A stretch of DNA of 64,000 nucleotides, taken from assembly GCA_963845535.1 (NCBI GenBank), contig CAWJSK010000015.1, positions 352,001 to 416,000 on the forward strand. The letters run 5' to 3'. The notes beneath the pieces were generated by a model. That model made no database searches. It was not told the DNA's origin and worked only from the letters and a program-made list of their open reading frames with translations. Origin of the DNA: an uncultured Spirochaetota bacterium. Its GTDB lineage: Bacteria; Spirochaetota; Spirochaetia; SZUA-6; Fen-1364. Shown here piece by piece: positions 1 through 10,367 of the stretch (its first letter is position 1; every line of letters begins with the position of its first letter). A program made the position numbers and the translations under genes.

Positions 1-249
1 CTGCTCGAGACGGAGCTCCTCACGGAGATCGATTTCGCTCGGCGGGAAGAGCTTTCCTTCAAGCTGAACAAGGCCCGCAAGCGCATGAGAGGGGCCATGG
101 ACAAGATGTCCCGCGTTGGCCTTGCGCCGACAAACAAAGAGATTGCCCGAATCCTCGGTGTCCCCAAGGGCACGGTGGACTCCGGGCTGTACTGGTTGAA
201 GAAGAAACTTGCCCCGGTGTATGATCCCGACAACTTCAGGTCTGCATGA
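1..249 (+). CDS. Partial (5' truncated) protein with a C-terminal sigma-70 region-4-like HTH (ECF-sigma-like)
   Basis: Frame 1 is open from base 1 to TGA at 247-249 and translates ...PTNKEIARILGVPKGTVDSGLYWLKKKL..., which resembles a sigma region 4.2 HTH. The stop overlaps the next ATG (ATGA). Confidence 0.6.
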   Translation: MLETELLTEIDFARREELSFKLNKARKRMRGAMDKMSRVGLAPTNKEIARILGVPKGTVDSGLYWLKKKLAPVYDPDNFRSA

Positions 250-845
250 TGAGCATCGAGCTGGTCCTGGCTTCCAACAATGATCACAAGCATGCTGAGT
301 TCCGCCGTCTTTTCCCGGACGTGACAGTGCTGTCGCCGCGGGACGTCGGCGTCACGTTCGATTTCGAGGAAACCGGGAACACTTTTTTCGACAACGCCCG
401 CGGCAAGGCTCTCGCGCTGTTCCGCAGGGCGGGCAGGGCCGTGATAGCGGATGATTCGGGGCTCTGCGTCCAGGCCCTGGGCGGCGCGCCGGGAATCATG
501 TCCAACCGATACGGTGCGGCCGCGGACGGCACTGTATTGGAGACGGGCAAGCGCAACGCATTTCTCCTGGAAAAGCTCGCGGGGATTGCCGACCGCAGGG
601 CGTTCTTTGTCTGCTGCCTCGTCCTGGTCCAGGATGAGGAGCGTTTCACCTCCGTCCAGGAAACCGTCCACGGGGTCATTACGGAGGAGCCTCGGGGGAG
701 GAACGGGTTCGGCTACGACCCGCTTTTCCTTCTGCCGTCACTGGGCATGACGATGGCGGAGCTTCCGGATGCCCAAAAGGACGAGCTCTCCCATAGGGGC
801 AGGGCGGCGCGCCGTCTCGGCGCCTGTCTTTCGCTGGACAGCTGA
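246..845 (+). CDS. rdgB: Non-canonical purine NTP pyrophosphatase (Ham1/RdgB)
   Basis: LASNNDHK, EETGNTFFDNARGKA, ADDSGL, GFGYDPLF and SHRGRA motifs. Confidence 0.95.
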   Translation: MMSIELVLASNNDHKHAEFRRLFPDVTVLSPRDVGVTFDFEETGNTFFDNARGKALALFRRAGRAVIADDSGLCVQALGGAPGIMSNRYGAAADGTVLETGKRNAFLLEKLAGIADRRAFFVCCLVLVQDEERFTSVQETVHGVITEEPRGRNGFGYDPLFLLPSLGMTMAELPDAQKDELSHRGRAARRLGACLSLDS

Positions 846-862
846 AGACGCGCGGATATACT

Positions 863-895
863 TGAGCCTGACATGGCACGTGAGCTTGACATGGC
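863..895. repeat. Intergenic tandem duplication TGAGC(C/T)TGACATGGC x2
   Basis: 15-bp copies at 863-877 and 881-895, one mismatch. Confidence 0.8.
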
Positions 896-916
896 TATCA
901 CAGGAGAGCACTACGC

Positions 917-1969
917 ATGGACCTGATCTCCGCCTACGCAAACGACGTCTCTGAGCTCGCGCGGTTCTCCCGCTCTCCTGAGAATGCGCCGCTCATTGTC
1001 GACGTCATCGCCAACCCTCATGCGGGTTTCTTCAAGCGCCAGGCCACCGTGCAGAGGCAGATCCTCGAACTCGAGCGGCGCCTGGAAGACCTGCGGCTGC
1101 GCTTCCCGCGGCGCAGGGTGGAGATCAACACGGTGCATTTCACGGAGCGCCCTGGCCACGCGCGCCAGATTGCCGAGCACATCCTGGAAAGGGAAGAGCG
1201 GGCGCAGTCCGGGATCGAGCACCTCCTCATTGGCTGCGGCGGGGACGGGACGAGCAATGAGATATGCACGGCGCTCGTCGACGCCAGTGCGTCCCTCCTG
1301 GACCGCGTCAAGCTGCTTCGGCTTCCCTTGGGCACCGGGAATGACGTAGCGGATGCGGCCACTTTTTCCCAGGCGTATGATCTCATCCTTGGACCGCAGC
1401 GGACCGTCAAGACCGGCGCCCTGCGCGTCACGACGGGAAGCGGCGCATCGATGTATTCCTTCAACATCGGGAGCGTCGGGCTGGACGCGTACATCGCGGG
1501 GCTTACCAACAAGTTCAAGCGCGCAATTCCCGGCCAGGCGTACAAGGTCATGGTGGACGTCGGCTCCCTGTTCTACGAGCAAAGGGTGAAGCCTGGCCCC
1601 ATGAACATCCGACTGTGCAAGGACGGGGTCGAGACGAGGGTGGATGCTTTTGTCCCGTCCATGGTCGTGGTCGGGATCAGCGGCGGCAGGACGTACGGCG
1701 GTCACATGCCCGTGCTGCCCGGGCCGCAGAACGTCTGTTTGATCGAGCGCATGGGTGTGCTGAAAAAAGTGAGGAGCAAGAAGCTCCTCTTCCAGGGGCT
1801 GCACGGCCAGCTTCCCGAGGTGCGGTTTCACACCGCTGACACTGTGGACCTGGAGTACCAGGGCGCCATGCCTCTCCAGCTCGACGGCGAGCTTACCTGG
1901 CTGCAGGCTGCGGATTTTCCGCTTTCACTCCGCGTCCTTGAGCCCAGGATCAACGTCCTGCGGCCGTAG
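917..1969 (+). CDS. Diacylglycerol/lipid kinase family protein (YegS/DAGK-like)
   Basis: ANP, GGDGTSNE, LPLGTGND and QLDGE motifs; AGGAG SD upstream. Confidence 0.88.
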   Translation: MDLISAYANDVSELARFSRSPENAPLIVDVIANPHAGFFKRQATVQRQILELERRLEDLRLRFPRRRVEINTVHFTERPGHARQIAEHILEREERAQSGIEHLLIGCGGDGTSNEICTALVDASASLLDRVKLLRLPLGTGNDVADAATFSQAYDLILGPQRTVKTGALRVTTGSGASMYSFNIGSVGLDAYIAGLTNKFKRAIPGQAYKVMVDVGSLFYEQRVKPGPMNIRLCKDGVETRVDAFVPSMVVVGISGGRTYGGHMPVLPGPQNVCLIERMGVLKKVRSKKLLFQGLHGQLPEVRFHTADTVDLEYQGAMPLQLDGELTWLQAADFPLSLRVLEPRINVLRP

Positions 1970-4900
1970 AAGCTCGAGGAAGTCTTTCCAGCGGTAGCCG
2001 GAAGCTTCGGCGGCAGCAAGAGCCGCCGGCGCCTCGCGGATTTCCCAGCCCTCGAGGAAGGCGATTTCGGAAATGCATGCCGCCAACAGCTCGAAGCTCT
2101 CCTTGGAGAACCATTTCACTCCCTCGAACTCATTGACTTCGAGGAACCGCTGGGCTGCCGGATCCCCCAGGCGTTCGGGCCAGGAGCGCACGTCAGCAAT
2201 CTTTTTTCCCGTTCGGACCAGAAACGAAAGCAGGCCGGGCGCCGGACCCGCGGCCCGCTCCGGCCAGCCCGAACGGACCAGGAAGGCGCGCATCAGCTCC
2301 GCGAGCATCCATTCGTCGATCCAGGAAAGGGCAGGGCATTCGGAACGCTCCTCAGGGCATAGCGGCCGCAGCACTGACCAAAGCCAGAGGAAGGCACGGG
2401 CGCGATTGTCCGTCCATCGAGCCGGCGCGCTCGCTGCACCGGTCACGCCGGCCGCGCGCTCCAGTCGGCCGTGGAACTCCGCTTGAGCGCGCCTGATGTC
2501 CACCCCCGCGTTCGCGTCGGCGCCCGCACCCGCGCTGGCCTCCGCACCCGTCCCCGGACCCGCGCCCGCGCCCGTCCCAGCGCCCGTCCCAGCGCCAGCG
2601 GTGAAGCGCCGCAGGGCTTCCAGGAAACCGTCATACCTGCCCGCCGCGTCTTCAGGGAACGGGGATTCCAAAAGGCTCACGAACGGATCACGGATGGGGC
2701 GCAGCTCCATTTCCCGAAGCGAGTGGTCGATGCTCGGTGAGCCCCTGCCTCCAAGCTCCCCGGCAAGCCGGGACCATCGGCGGCCCTGGTCATCGAAAAC
2801 CACGCGGAAGTCCATGAAGACCTGGCAGCGGAACGCGTTCAGCTCCGCGTACAATCCCTTCTCCCACATCTCCCGGCACGAGCGGAGGTATTCGAGGCCT
2901 TCCCGAGAGTCGCGGAAGATCGCGAATGCTCCCGCGTCATTGGGCAGCGCAAGTCCTTCGCCCAGGCATTTCTGCGCGAGCGCGCGGCCGCCGTCCCGCT
3001 TCACGGCAAAAGCGGCGGAGGTGCGCACCCATCCCCGCGCCTCGGCGTACTTGTTGTTGTAGATGACAAGTGCCCGCTCATCCCCGGCGCGGTTCGAATA
3101 TGCGTACACGTCCTCGTTGACGCCGCCCTGGGCGCTGAAGAAGTCGTAGAGAAGGAAGTTGTCAACTCCTGAAAAAAGGTACCGCCGCTTGAGAAGCGGG
3201 AATATCTCCTGTTCGTGCCGGCGCACCAGGTCGGCGTTCGCTGTCTCGTTCCAGTAGGAGCGTCGGAACTCCATTCCATATTTCTCCCGCAAGCCCTCGA
3301 TCTGGCCATGCGCGTACATCGGGAGGCCCGGCATGGTGGCCATGAGCGTGCAGACGCCGAAGTACTTGTCCCCGTCCCCGAACTGCTCTACGGCGGTCTG
3401 TTCGTCAGGGTTGCTCATGAAGTTCACGAAGCGCTTCAGGATCTCGGGATCAAACTCCAGGGTGTTGCGGATGGTCTGCCGATAACCGGCGTTGTCCTCC
3501 GCTTTCAGCATGTGCATGAACGCGCTGTTGTAGACCCTGTGCATCCCGAGGGTGCGCACGAAGAATCCCTCCAGGAGCCAGAACGCTTCCGCCAGGAGGA
3601 GCGTATCAGGGGCTTCCCGCGCAACCCTGTCCACCACCTCGCGCCAGAACTCCGCGGGCATTGCGCGGTCGAAATCCCGCCGCGTGAGCCCGTTGCCCGC
3701 CCGGGAAGGGATGTCTCCTCCCGCCCCCGGTTCGGGAAACCACAGCCGCTGGAAATGCTTCTTTGTGAGCGTCATGGCCGCGTCGAACCTGATCACGGGG
3801 AACATACGCGCCACGTGGAGGATGGTGGATATGACCGCCTCCCGCGTCTCAGGCTTGAGGAAATCAAGCTGTGCAGTGTCGTTCCACGGCATGTGTGTGC
3901 CGTCGTTCCCATGATAGATGAGCCGCGTGTCACCGCTTCCGAAGTCTACGCGCTTGAATACCACGGCCGCGTCCGACTTGGTCCAGTAGTGGTCCTCTAG
4001 GTAGATCCCGACTCCGGGCGTCCGGGAGAGGTTGTCCCCGTTGAAGGAATAGGAGGGAAACGGCGGCCACGGGTGAGGCCAGGACAGGAACCGCTCGGGA
4101 TGCTCGGTCATCCAGCGCGAGTCCACGCCGGTGTGGTTGGGGACCATGTCGCTTGCGAGCCTGATGCCGCGCCGCCAGGCCCGCTCCTTCAAGTTGTAGA
4201 GGGACTGCTCCCCCCCCAGCTCGGAGGAGATTGCGTAGTCGAACAACGAGTAGGCGGATGCCTCCGCATCCTGGTTGCCCATCCGCCGCTTGATCTCCCG
4301 CGAGGCCAGGCTGCGCTCCCATACGCCAATGAGCCACAACGCCGTGAACCCGCGCCGCGCCAGAGTATCCAGCTCCTCATCCGGCACCTGGTCCAGGCGT
4401 CGAATCTCACGACCGTACGCCCGGGAGAGCTGATCCAGCCACACGAGCGTGTTCTTGGCGATCATCACTGCCCGCGGCATCCAGTCCTTGTCAGGGGTGA
4501 ACGCCTCCGCCTCGGCGCTTGCCCCCGCGTAGTCGTAGACTTCCGGCGGCCCCGGCGCGAAAGGCCCGAGCCCGAGCCGGGCTTCCTCCCGCAGCACGTC
4601 CATGCCGGTGAGCAGGCGCAGAAGCAGGTCCCCGAGAAGGTGGCCCCATTTCGTGCGGATGTACTCCAACTGTCCGGAGAGCGATGTTGGGGCCACGCGG
4701 GCCGGCGCGCCCAGCATGCCGACAAGGTCCTCGTTGTCAGGGCCGAAGCCGGGAAGCGTCCGGAAGAACTCCCGCACCCCGGAGATGAGCGTCGGGTAAG
4801 GAGTGGATTCCGCCAGCGGGGCGTCATCAAAAAGCTCGCGAAAAGGATCAAAGGCGGGGTCGCCGTTGGCGAGGGAAATGTGAAGCATTTCCTCCAGCGT

Positions 4901-5348
4901 CACCGCCCGGTTGGAAACGCCGCCGTCCTGGCCGCGCAAATAGTCCTGCGGGGAGAGCGTCCCTTCCAGGACGGCGCGAGGGGGATAGACCAGCACGAAC
5001 CGCGTCAGCGCCCCGTCAAGGGAGAGTCCTGCCATGGCGGGTCTCCAGAAAGGCGAGCGCCTTCTCGAACGCTCCTTTGTCCACGCTTTTCCTGAAAAGA
5101 CCGCTCACGTAATGCAGGATCTCGTCGATGAGCCCCATGGCGTTCATGTCCCCGGCTCGAAGCGCCTTCTCCGGCGGCGTGCCGGCTTTCGCCCTTACCT
5201 CGTTGATCCGCCCGGTCAGGACACGCGCCGCGTGAAGGTCCAGGGTGATCACGTTCCCCGTGGAGGAGTACAACTCCTGGGGGAAGCCATAGCGCTGGCG
5301 GGCCTGGCGCGAGACATGAAAGTGGTACGTCGGGGAACACGCGCTCAA
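1925..5348 (-). CDS. Large alpha-amylase family (GH13) glycosyl hydrolase, split by a frameshift near 5020-5035
   Basis: DMVPNH, RFDAAM (nucleophile), LAEAFW (acid/base) and FMSNPDE motifs in the 1925..5035 ORF. The N-terminus lies in ORF 5016..5348, whose TTG start overlaps the malQ stop. Removing one base (e.g. from GGG 5020-5022) fuses the two. Confidence 0.85.
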
Positions 5349-7345
5349 TCTCCACCTCCCTCCACGGGCTTTGCGCGGCGGGGCGTCACGAACGCACGTA
5401 TCCGCGCGGAAAGACTGGTTCGACCGTCGAGACTCTCGATACTCAGGGGCATGCGCCAGGTCCAGTTCCTGTCATTGACGGTGCCCGGAACGTTGATCCT
5501 GTCCGCGCGAGGGTCGGGGGCCCACAACTCCCCGTCCAGGTCCAGGATGTCCTGGATCTGGAACATGCACAGGAGGGACCCTGCCCCGAGGCATTGGGTG
5601 AAGACCAGGCTTTGAAGGTCAGAAGTCATGGCAGGCGGACACGGACCTGGAGTGCCCAGGGAGCGGAAGTACGTCTCCCTTTCCGCGGCGTCTTCCTCCC
5701 ACCAGCCGCGGAGCGTCGACGTGTCGTGCACGGACGGCGTACAAACGGAGAGCCTTGGATAGTTTTTCGGCGGGATGAAAGGAGCGGGCGCACCGGGCGC
5801 GGCTTTCTTGTACTCCCGTGACCAACGCAGGATTCGAAGCCCGAGGATCCCAAGCTCCGCGAGCACTCTCGGGACGCAGTCAGGGACGTCGCCGAGGTCC
5901 TCCGCGCACACCAGCATGTCCGTGGTGTCCTGCAGCATGGACAGGAGGTCCCGGCCGCGTCGCTCCCAGGTGTCTTCCGACTCCCTGCGCTTGCGGGAAA
6001 GCAGGTCTCCAAGCGCCGGCCTTTCCGCGTCCGACAGGCTGCGGAACCCCCTGGTTCCGTCGATGTACCAGGAGGGGAAGCGCAGACCCTTTCCGTCCAG
6101 GACGAAAGTCCGGTCCCTATGACGCGAAAGGAGGAAGTCCTTGACGGCGGGAGACTCTGACAAAGCCTGGATTACCGCCTCCGAATCGAAGCGTGCGGAA
6201 AAGTTGTACATTTCCTCCTCGCCGATCCGGGAAAGGTACTCCCGCGCCACGCGGGAGGCGTCTGCCCCGAGCGCTGTTTCGAGCTCCTGCCCCCTGACGT
6301 GAGGCAGCGTGAGCCAACGGAGCCTTCCCTCGTCGAAACCGAGCTTGAGGAGCTCCTCTGCGTCCACGCCGGCGGAAGGGGAGAAGTAACCCAGGAGGCC
6401 GGTCACTTCCTGGCGCGGAATGCGCCAGATGCGAAAGAAGCCGAGGACATGGTCGATTCGAAGCGCATGGAAGAACTTCCCAGCCTGCAGGAGCCTGTCC
6501 TTCCACCACCGGTAGCCGTCAGCCTCCAGGGCGTCCCAGTCGTACACGGGAAATCCCCAGTTCTGGCCGTTGGGGGAGAACATGTCGGGCGGAGCGCCCG
6601 CATTGGCACCCAGGTCGAAGTAGCGGCGGGACGCCCATACGTCAGCGCTTTCCCGGCTCATGAGGATGGGGACGTCACCCTTGAGATAGACCCCGCTCTG
6701 CCGCGCACGGCGCGAGGCGCGGGAGAGCTGCAGCTCGAGCTGATGTTGGATCCAGGCAATGCGCAAGCACTGCTCCTCGTGGCCCTCCCACCAGCGCAGG
6801 ATTGCGCTCTCCGAGGGGTCGGCCATGCTGCCCCAGGAAGCCCACGGGCCCCCGCCGCTCTCCCGCTTGAGCGCCGTGAACACCGCGTAAGGCCTCACCC
6901 ATGCGTTGGCGGAGAGCCATTTCGTGAAACCGGGATCAGCGCGGACGGCAAGCCCGCCTTCACTGAACAACCGTTCGGCGAAATCAACCTTGAAGCGGAG
7001 GACGTCTCCATGAGAAAAATGGCCGGCCGATTGCGCTTCCCGTTCCACCGTCAGACGGCGGAACGCCTTGATATCCGTTTCGTGGCGTTCGGCCCCCGGC
7101 AGATCCTGCAATCGCAAATACAATGGATGGAGCGCGTAAGCGGAAAGGGCGCTGTAGGGAGACCCGTTGGCCCCCGTGTCGCTCACCGGCAGGACCTGGA
7201 TGACCTCCAGGCCCATGCCCGCGCACCATTGCGCCAGCTTCGGAATGTCGGCGAACTCGCCGACGCCGCAGTCCTCCTGCGTCCGCAGCGCTGCTACGGG
7301 GATGGAGACCCCGGTGAAGTAGTGGTCAAGCCGTGCGAAGCGCAT
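5345..7345 (-). CDS. malQ: 4-alpha-glucanotransferase (GH77), DPE2-like with a long internal insertion
   Basis: QVLPV, SPYSALSAYALHPLY, KGDVPI, GAPPDMFS..GQNWGFPVY, RIDHVLGF, AEDLG, HDTSTL and RINVPGT..NW motifs. Confidence 0.95.
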   Translation of the reverse strand: MRFARLDHYFTGVSIPVAALRTQEDCGVGEFADIPKLAQWCAGMGLEVIQVLPVSDTGANGSPYSALSAYALHPLYLRLQDLPGAERHETDIKAFRRLTVEREAQSAGHFSHGDVLRFKVDFAERLFSEGGLAVRADPGFTKWLSANAWVRPYAVFTALKRESGGGPWASWGSMADPSESAILRWWEGHEEQCLRIAWIQHQLELQLSRASRRARQSGVYLKGDVPILMSRESADVWASRRYFDLGANAGAPPDMFSPNGQNWGFPVYDWDALEADGYRWWKDRLLQAGKFFHALRIDHVLGFFRIWRIPRQEVTGLLGYFSPSAGVDAEELLKLGFDEGRLRWLTLPHVRGQELETALGADASRVAREYLSRIGEEEMYNFSARFDSEAVIQALSESPAVKDFLLSRHRDRTFVLDGKGLRFPSWYIDGTRGFRSLSDAERPALGDLLSRKRRESEDTWERRGRDLLSMLQDTTDMLVCAEDLGDVPDCVPRVLAELGILGLRILRWSREYKKAAPGAPAPFIPPKNYPRLSVCTPSVHDTSTLRGWWEEDAAERETYFRSLGTPGPCPPAMTSDLQSLVFTQCLGAGSLLCMFQIQDILDLDGELWAPDPRADRINVPGTVNDRNWTWRMPLSIESLDGRTSLSARIRAFVTPRRAKPVEGGGD

Positions 7346-7358
7346 GAGCTGGCCTCAA

Positions 7359-7387
7359 ATCATAGGTGATGCCACCGCGTTGAGCAA
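7359..7387 (-). promoter_or_regulatory. Sigma70-type promoter of the malQ-GH13 operon
   Basis: Minus strand TTGCTC-N17-TATGAT, 13 nt before the malQ ATG. Confidence 0.6.
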
Positions 7388-7392
7388 GCCCA

Positions 7393-7453
7393 CGCGGGGA
7401 GTCCACGCAAGAGCTACCGCGGGGAGTCCGCGAGGAACTCCCGCGGGGAGCCC
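7393..7453. repeat. Triple direct repeat CGCGGGGAG(T/C)CC between divergent promoters
   Basis: Copies at 7393-7404, 7418-7429 and 7442-7453 (period 25/24). Confidence 0.75.
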
Positions 7454-7504
7454 TCGCCAGGACTGCTCGCTTGAGCCGACCTCCTCGATCTGATAGAACA
7501 CCTC

Positions 7505-8041
7505 ATGCGCAGAACGCAGATTCCCGTCACCAGGCTCTCCCTCCCCCTGTTCCATACCTTCGATTCCCGATGGATGCTCCTTGCCTCGGGGGACTTTGCC
7601 GGAAAAAAGTTCAACGCCATGACCATTTCCTGGGGCAGCCTGGGGGTGGTCTGGGGAAAACCGTTTGCCCAGGTCTTTGTCAGACGAAGCCGTCACACGT
7701 ACGGGTTCATGGAGCAGTCGGAAACCTTTACCCTGTCCGTGTTTCCCGAAGAGCACCGCACGGGGCTGTCGTACTGCGGCAGCCATTCGGGCCGTTCGGG
7801 GGACAAGCTCGCGGCGGCGGGCTTCACTCCCGTAGCTTCATTGCGCGTCCCGGCCCCCGTCTTCGAAGAGGCTGAGCTTTGCATCGAGTGCCGAAAAATG
7901 TATTTCTCCGACATGTTCCCAGCGCATTTCCTGGACCAGTCCATCCAGACGAATTATCCAGCCCCCCAGGATTATCACCGGGTCTATTTTGGCGAGGTTG
8001 TTGCCGTCTCAGGCACTTCGGCCTATCTGGCGGCGGATTGA
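7505..8041 (+). CDS. Flavin reductase-like (FMN-binding split barrel) protein
   Basis: NAMTISWG, VRRSRHT, CGSHSGR..DK, IECRK and HRVYFGEV motifs. Confidence 0.9.
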   Translation: MRRTQIPVTRLSLPLFHTFDSRWMLLASGDFAGKKFNAMTISWGSLGVVWGKPFAQVFVRRSRHTYGFMEQSETFTLSVFPEEHRTGLSYCGSHSGRSGDKLAAAGFTPVASLRVPAPVFEEAELCIECRKMYFSDMFPAHFLDQSIQTNYPAPQDYHRVYFGEVVAVSGTSAYLAAD

Positions 8042-9465
8042 GGCTCCTCGTAGCGGATCAGCGACCCGGCCGCGGCAAGATCCGGAATCACCCCCGAGGC
8101 CACCCCCGCCATGAGGGCGGCCCCGAATGCCGTCTCCTCATTGTGCCGGGGCACCAGCAGAGGCGCTCGGAACCCTTTCTCGAACGCGCGGCGGAGGGAG
8201 TCGTTCCGGCGGATGGCGTTGCCGGACCCAACGAGCGTATTGATCCCATCTCTCTCAGAAGGGGACAAAAGACCGTAGAAGCCAAGCAGCTCTGAGACCA
8301 TCCCGTCACGAATCCCTGAGGCGAAGTGCTGCGGCGTGAGGTTGGAAAGCCCGATATTGCTGATGCTGCCCCGGATGGACGGAGTGACCCTTGTCCCGCT
8401 GAAGCGAGTGTCGACCCGAAGCGGCTCAGTATCATCCGGCGGGCTCATCCGGTTGATCACATCCCAAGGGATTTCCGCGTCCTGCCCCGTCACGGCCAGG
8501 ACTGTTTGCCGAAAGAACTCCCGAAGCGCCGCGTATGCCCGGCCGCCCCACAGCCCTGCGCCGACACCGATGTACCCGCCGAAGGGCAGCGGACGCAGGT
8601 CGATCCCTTCCCTGCGCCGAAACGTGTCGAGGAAAACGGAGATCTGCGTCCCCGTCCCCACCATGACCAATGCCATCCGCTTCCTGTCCGCGATGGCCCC
8701 CAGGAAGCTGGCCTGGTTGTCTCCGATGGCGGGGAAGACCGGAATTGCCGTGCGCCGCGCGCCGGGCCGCGCGCGGGGCCGCATGCCGGACCGCTCGGAA
8801 GCCGGCCCCGTTCCCGTCGTCTGCAGTTCTCCTAGCACCGTGGAAGTTTGAGTCACCTCGGGAAAGAACGAAGGATCACTTCCGATGGCGCGCAGCTCCG
8901 GGCGCGCAAAGGCGAGCTTCTCGAGGTCGAAGCCGCCGATGCTTGCCGCGATGGTCACGTCCAGGAGCGGGGTGCGTCTGACGGTGAGCTTCAGGGCCAG
9001 GTAGTCCCCGATGGTGCACAGGAAGGCCGCTGATTTCGGCACCAGGCCCATCCTGGCGTTTGCGAAGTGCGTGACGGCCCCCATTCCGGTTGCGGCCGGC
9101 CATCCCACGGCCGCCGCGACAAACGACGCATACGTGCCTCCCTCGAAAGGAAGATCTCCACGGCCGTCCTGCCACGTGTACAACGGGCTGGCCGCGTTCC
9201 CTGCGCCATCCACGTACAGCACGCCGTGCATCTGGCACGCAATTCCGATTCCGCCGATGTCCTGGTGCGCCTCCAGGGCCTTCGCCAATATCCCGCGCGC
9301 AATGCGCACCGTTCCGTCAGGGTCCTGGATGGACTCCCAGGGCGCGCGTGGTGGAATGCCGGCGGCATTGCCTTCCGTCTGGAGAAACACGACGCGCCCG
9401 TCCGCGGCATTCACCACGGCGCCGCAGATTGTGGTTGTCCCGACGTCGAGCCCGAGAAACTTCAC
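8023..9465 (-). CDS. FGGY-family carbohydrate kinase (sedoheptulokinase-like)
   Basis: LGLDVGTTT, CQMHG, LYTWQDGR, GDNQASFLG, GTGTQIS and GSGNAIRRN motifs. The GTG start at 9465 overlaps the upstream TAG. Confidence 0.88.
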   Translation of the reverse strand: MKFLGLDVGTTTICGAVVNAADGRVVFLQTEGNAAGIPPRAPWESIQDPDGTVRIARGILAKALEAHQDIGGIGIACQMHGVLYVDGAGNAASPLYTWQDGRGDLPFEGGTYASFVAAAVGWPAATGMGAVTHFANARMGLVPKSAAFLCTIGDYLALKLTVRRTPLLDVTIAASIGGFDLEKLAFARPELRAIGSDPSFFPEVTQTSTVLGELQTTGTGPASERSGMRPRARPGARRTAIPVFPAIGDNQASFLGAIADRKRMALVMVGTGTQISVFLDTFRRREGIDLRPLPFGGYIGVGAGLWGGRAYAALREFFRQTVLAVTGQDAEIPWDVINRMSPPDDTEPLRVDTRFSGTRVTPSIRGSISNIGLSNLTPQHFASGIRDGMVSELLGFYGLLSPSERDGINTLVGSGNAIRRNDSLRRAFEKGFRAPLLVPRHNEETAFGAALMAGVASGVIPDLAAAGSLIRYEEPQSAAR

Positions 9466-10367
9466 TACAGCGCGCGACGCTCCGCGTCGCGGGGACGCTG
9501 CTGCGGCAGCGGAATGAATGCTGAGCGCGTCCCGATCAGCTCGGCGTAGCCGGGATGCCGCGCCAGGAGCCTGGCGTCCATCATGGGGACGCTCACTCCC
9601 AGGAAGAGCCCGGTGACCACCACGGGGCCGGCAATGGTCCACCACCACGACGGGCCCGCGGCAAGGCCGAACAGCCAGAGTCCCCACCAGAAAAGCACTT
9701 CTCCGAAGTAGTTGGGGTGTCGGGACATGGACCACAGTCCCGAATTGAGAATCTGCCCGGAGCCCGCCCGGGTGAGGAGGAACCTGCGCAGCTCGCGGTC
9801 AGCCGTTGCCTCCGTAAGGATTGCTCCCAGGGTAACGATGATTGCCAGCAGGTCCAGGATTCCGAATTGCCTGCTGCCGGCAAGGAAGACCGGGAAAAGG
9901 GCCACGCATCCCAGGAACACGATGACCGTTGGAAAGAGGTGGAACCCGAGGAAGCTTACCGGCCAGTAGCCCGCGCCGAGCTTCCGGTAGTCCGCGTATC
10001 GCCAGTCCTCATCCGCCAGACCGTGCCAGCGGCGCAGCCAGTTGAAGGTGAGCCGAATGGCCCAGAACGCCACGAGCGCCAGCACGATGACCTGCCGGAC
10101 GGAGAGCGCCTGGTTGGTGGAGAGCCAGTACACGAGGATGGGGAGCGGAGCCACGCTCCAGTACGGATCATACACGCTGGAGTTGTCCAGGATGAGGCTG
10201 AAGATGAACACGACGACGGTTGCCGCGAGGTCCGCCGCGGCGGCAGTCCAGAGAGGGGAGCCCCCGTCCAGCACTCTTCCCGCGGCAAAAGCCACGGCGG
10301 CGGCCACGACATATGCGAGCAGGCAGATGAGTCGGGACTGGGACTTGTTCAGGTGTACATCAGGCAT
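9465..10367 (-). CDS. DUF1295 / steroid 5-alpha-reductase-like integral membrane protein
   Basis: NSSVYDPYW, WAIRLT, EDWRY and GLWSMSRHPNYFGEVLFWWG motifs; multiple hydrophobic helices. Confidence 0.88.
   Translation of the reverse strand: MPDVHLNKSQSRLICLLAYVVAAAVAFAAGRVLDGGSPLWTAAAADLAATVVVFIFSLILDNSSVYDPYWSVAPLPILVYWLSTNQALSVRQVIVLALVAFWAIRLTFNWLRRWHGLADEDWRYADYRKLGAGYWPVSFLGFHLFPTVIVFLGCVALFPVFLAGSRQFGILDLLAIIVTLGAILTEATADRELRRFLLTRAGSGQILNSGLWSMSRHPNYFGEVLFWWGLWLFGLAAGPSWWWTIAGPVVVTGLFLGVSVPMMDARLLARHPGYAELIGTRSAFIPLPQQRPRDAERRAL

Noticed and set aside
7393..7453. CRISPR mini-array (repeat loosely like type I-E CCCCGCG..GCGGGG)
   Set aside because: Repeats are only 12 bp with 12-13-bp spacers, and there are no cas genes or leader
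9466..9735. 90-aa N-terminal extension of the FGGY kinase
   Set aside because: It overlaps the DUF1295 gene; the family motif begins right after GTG 9465
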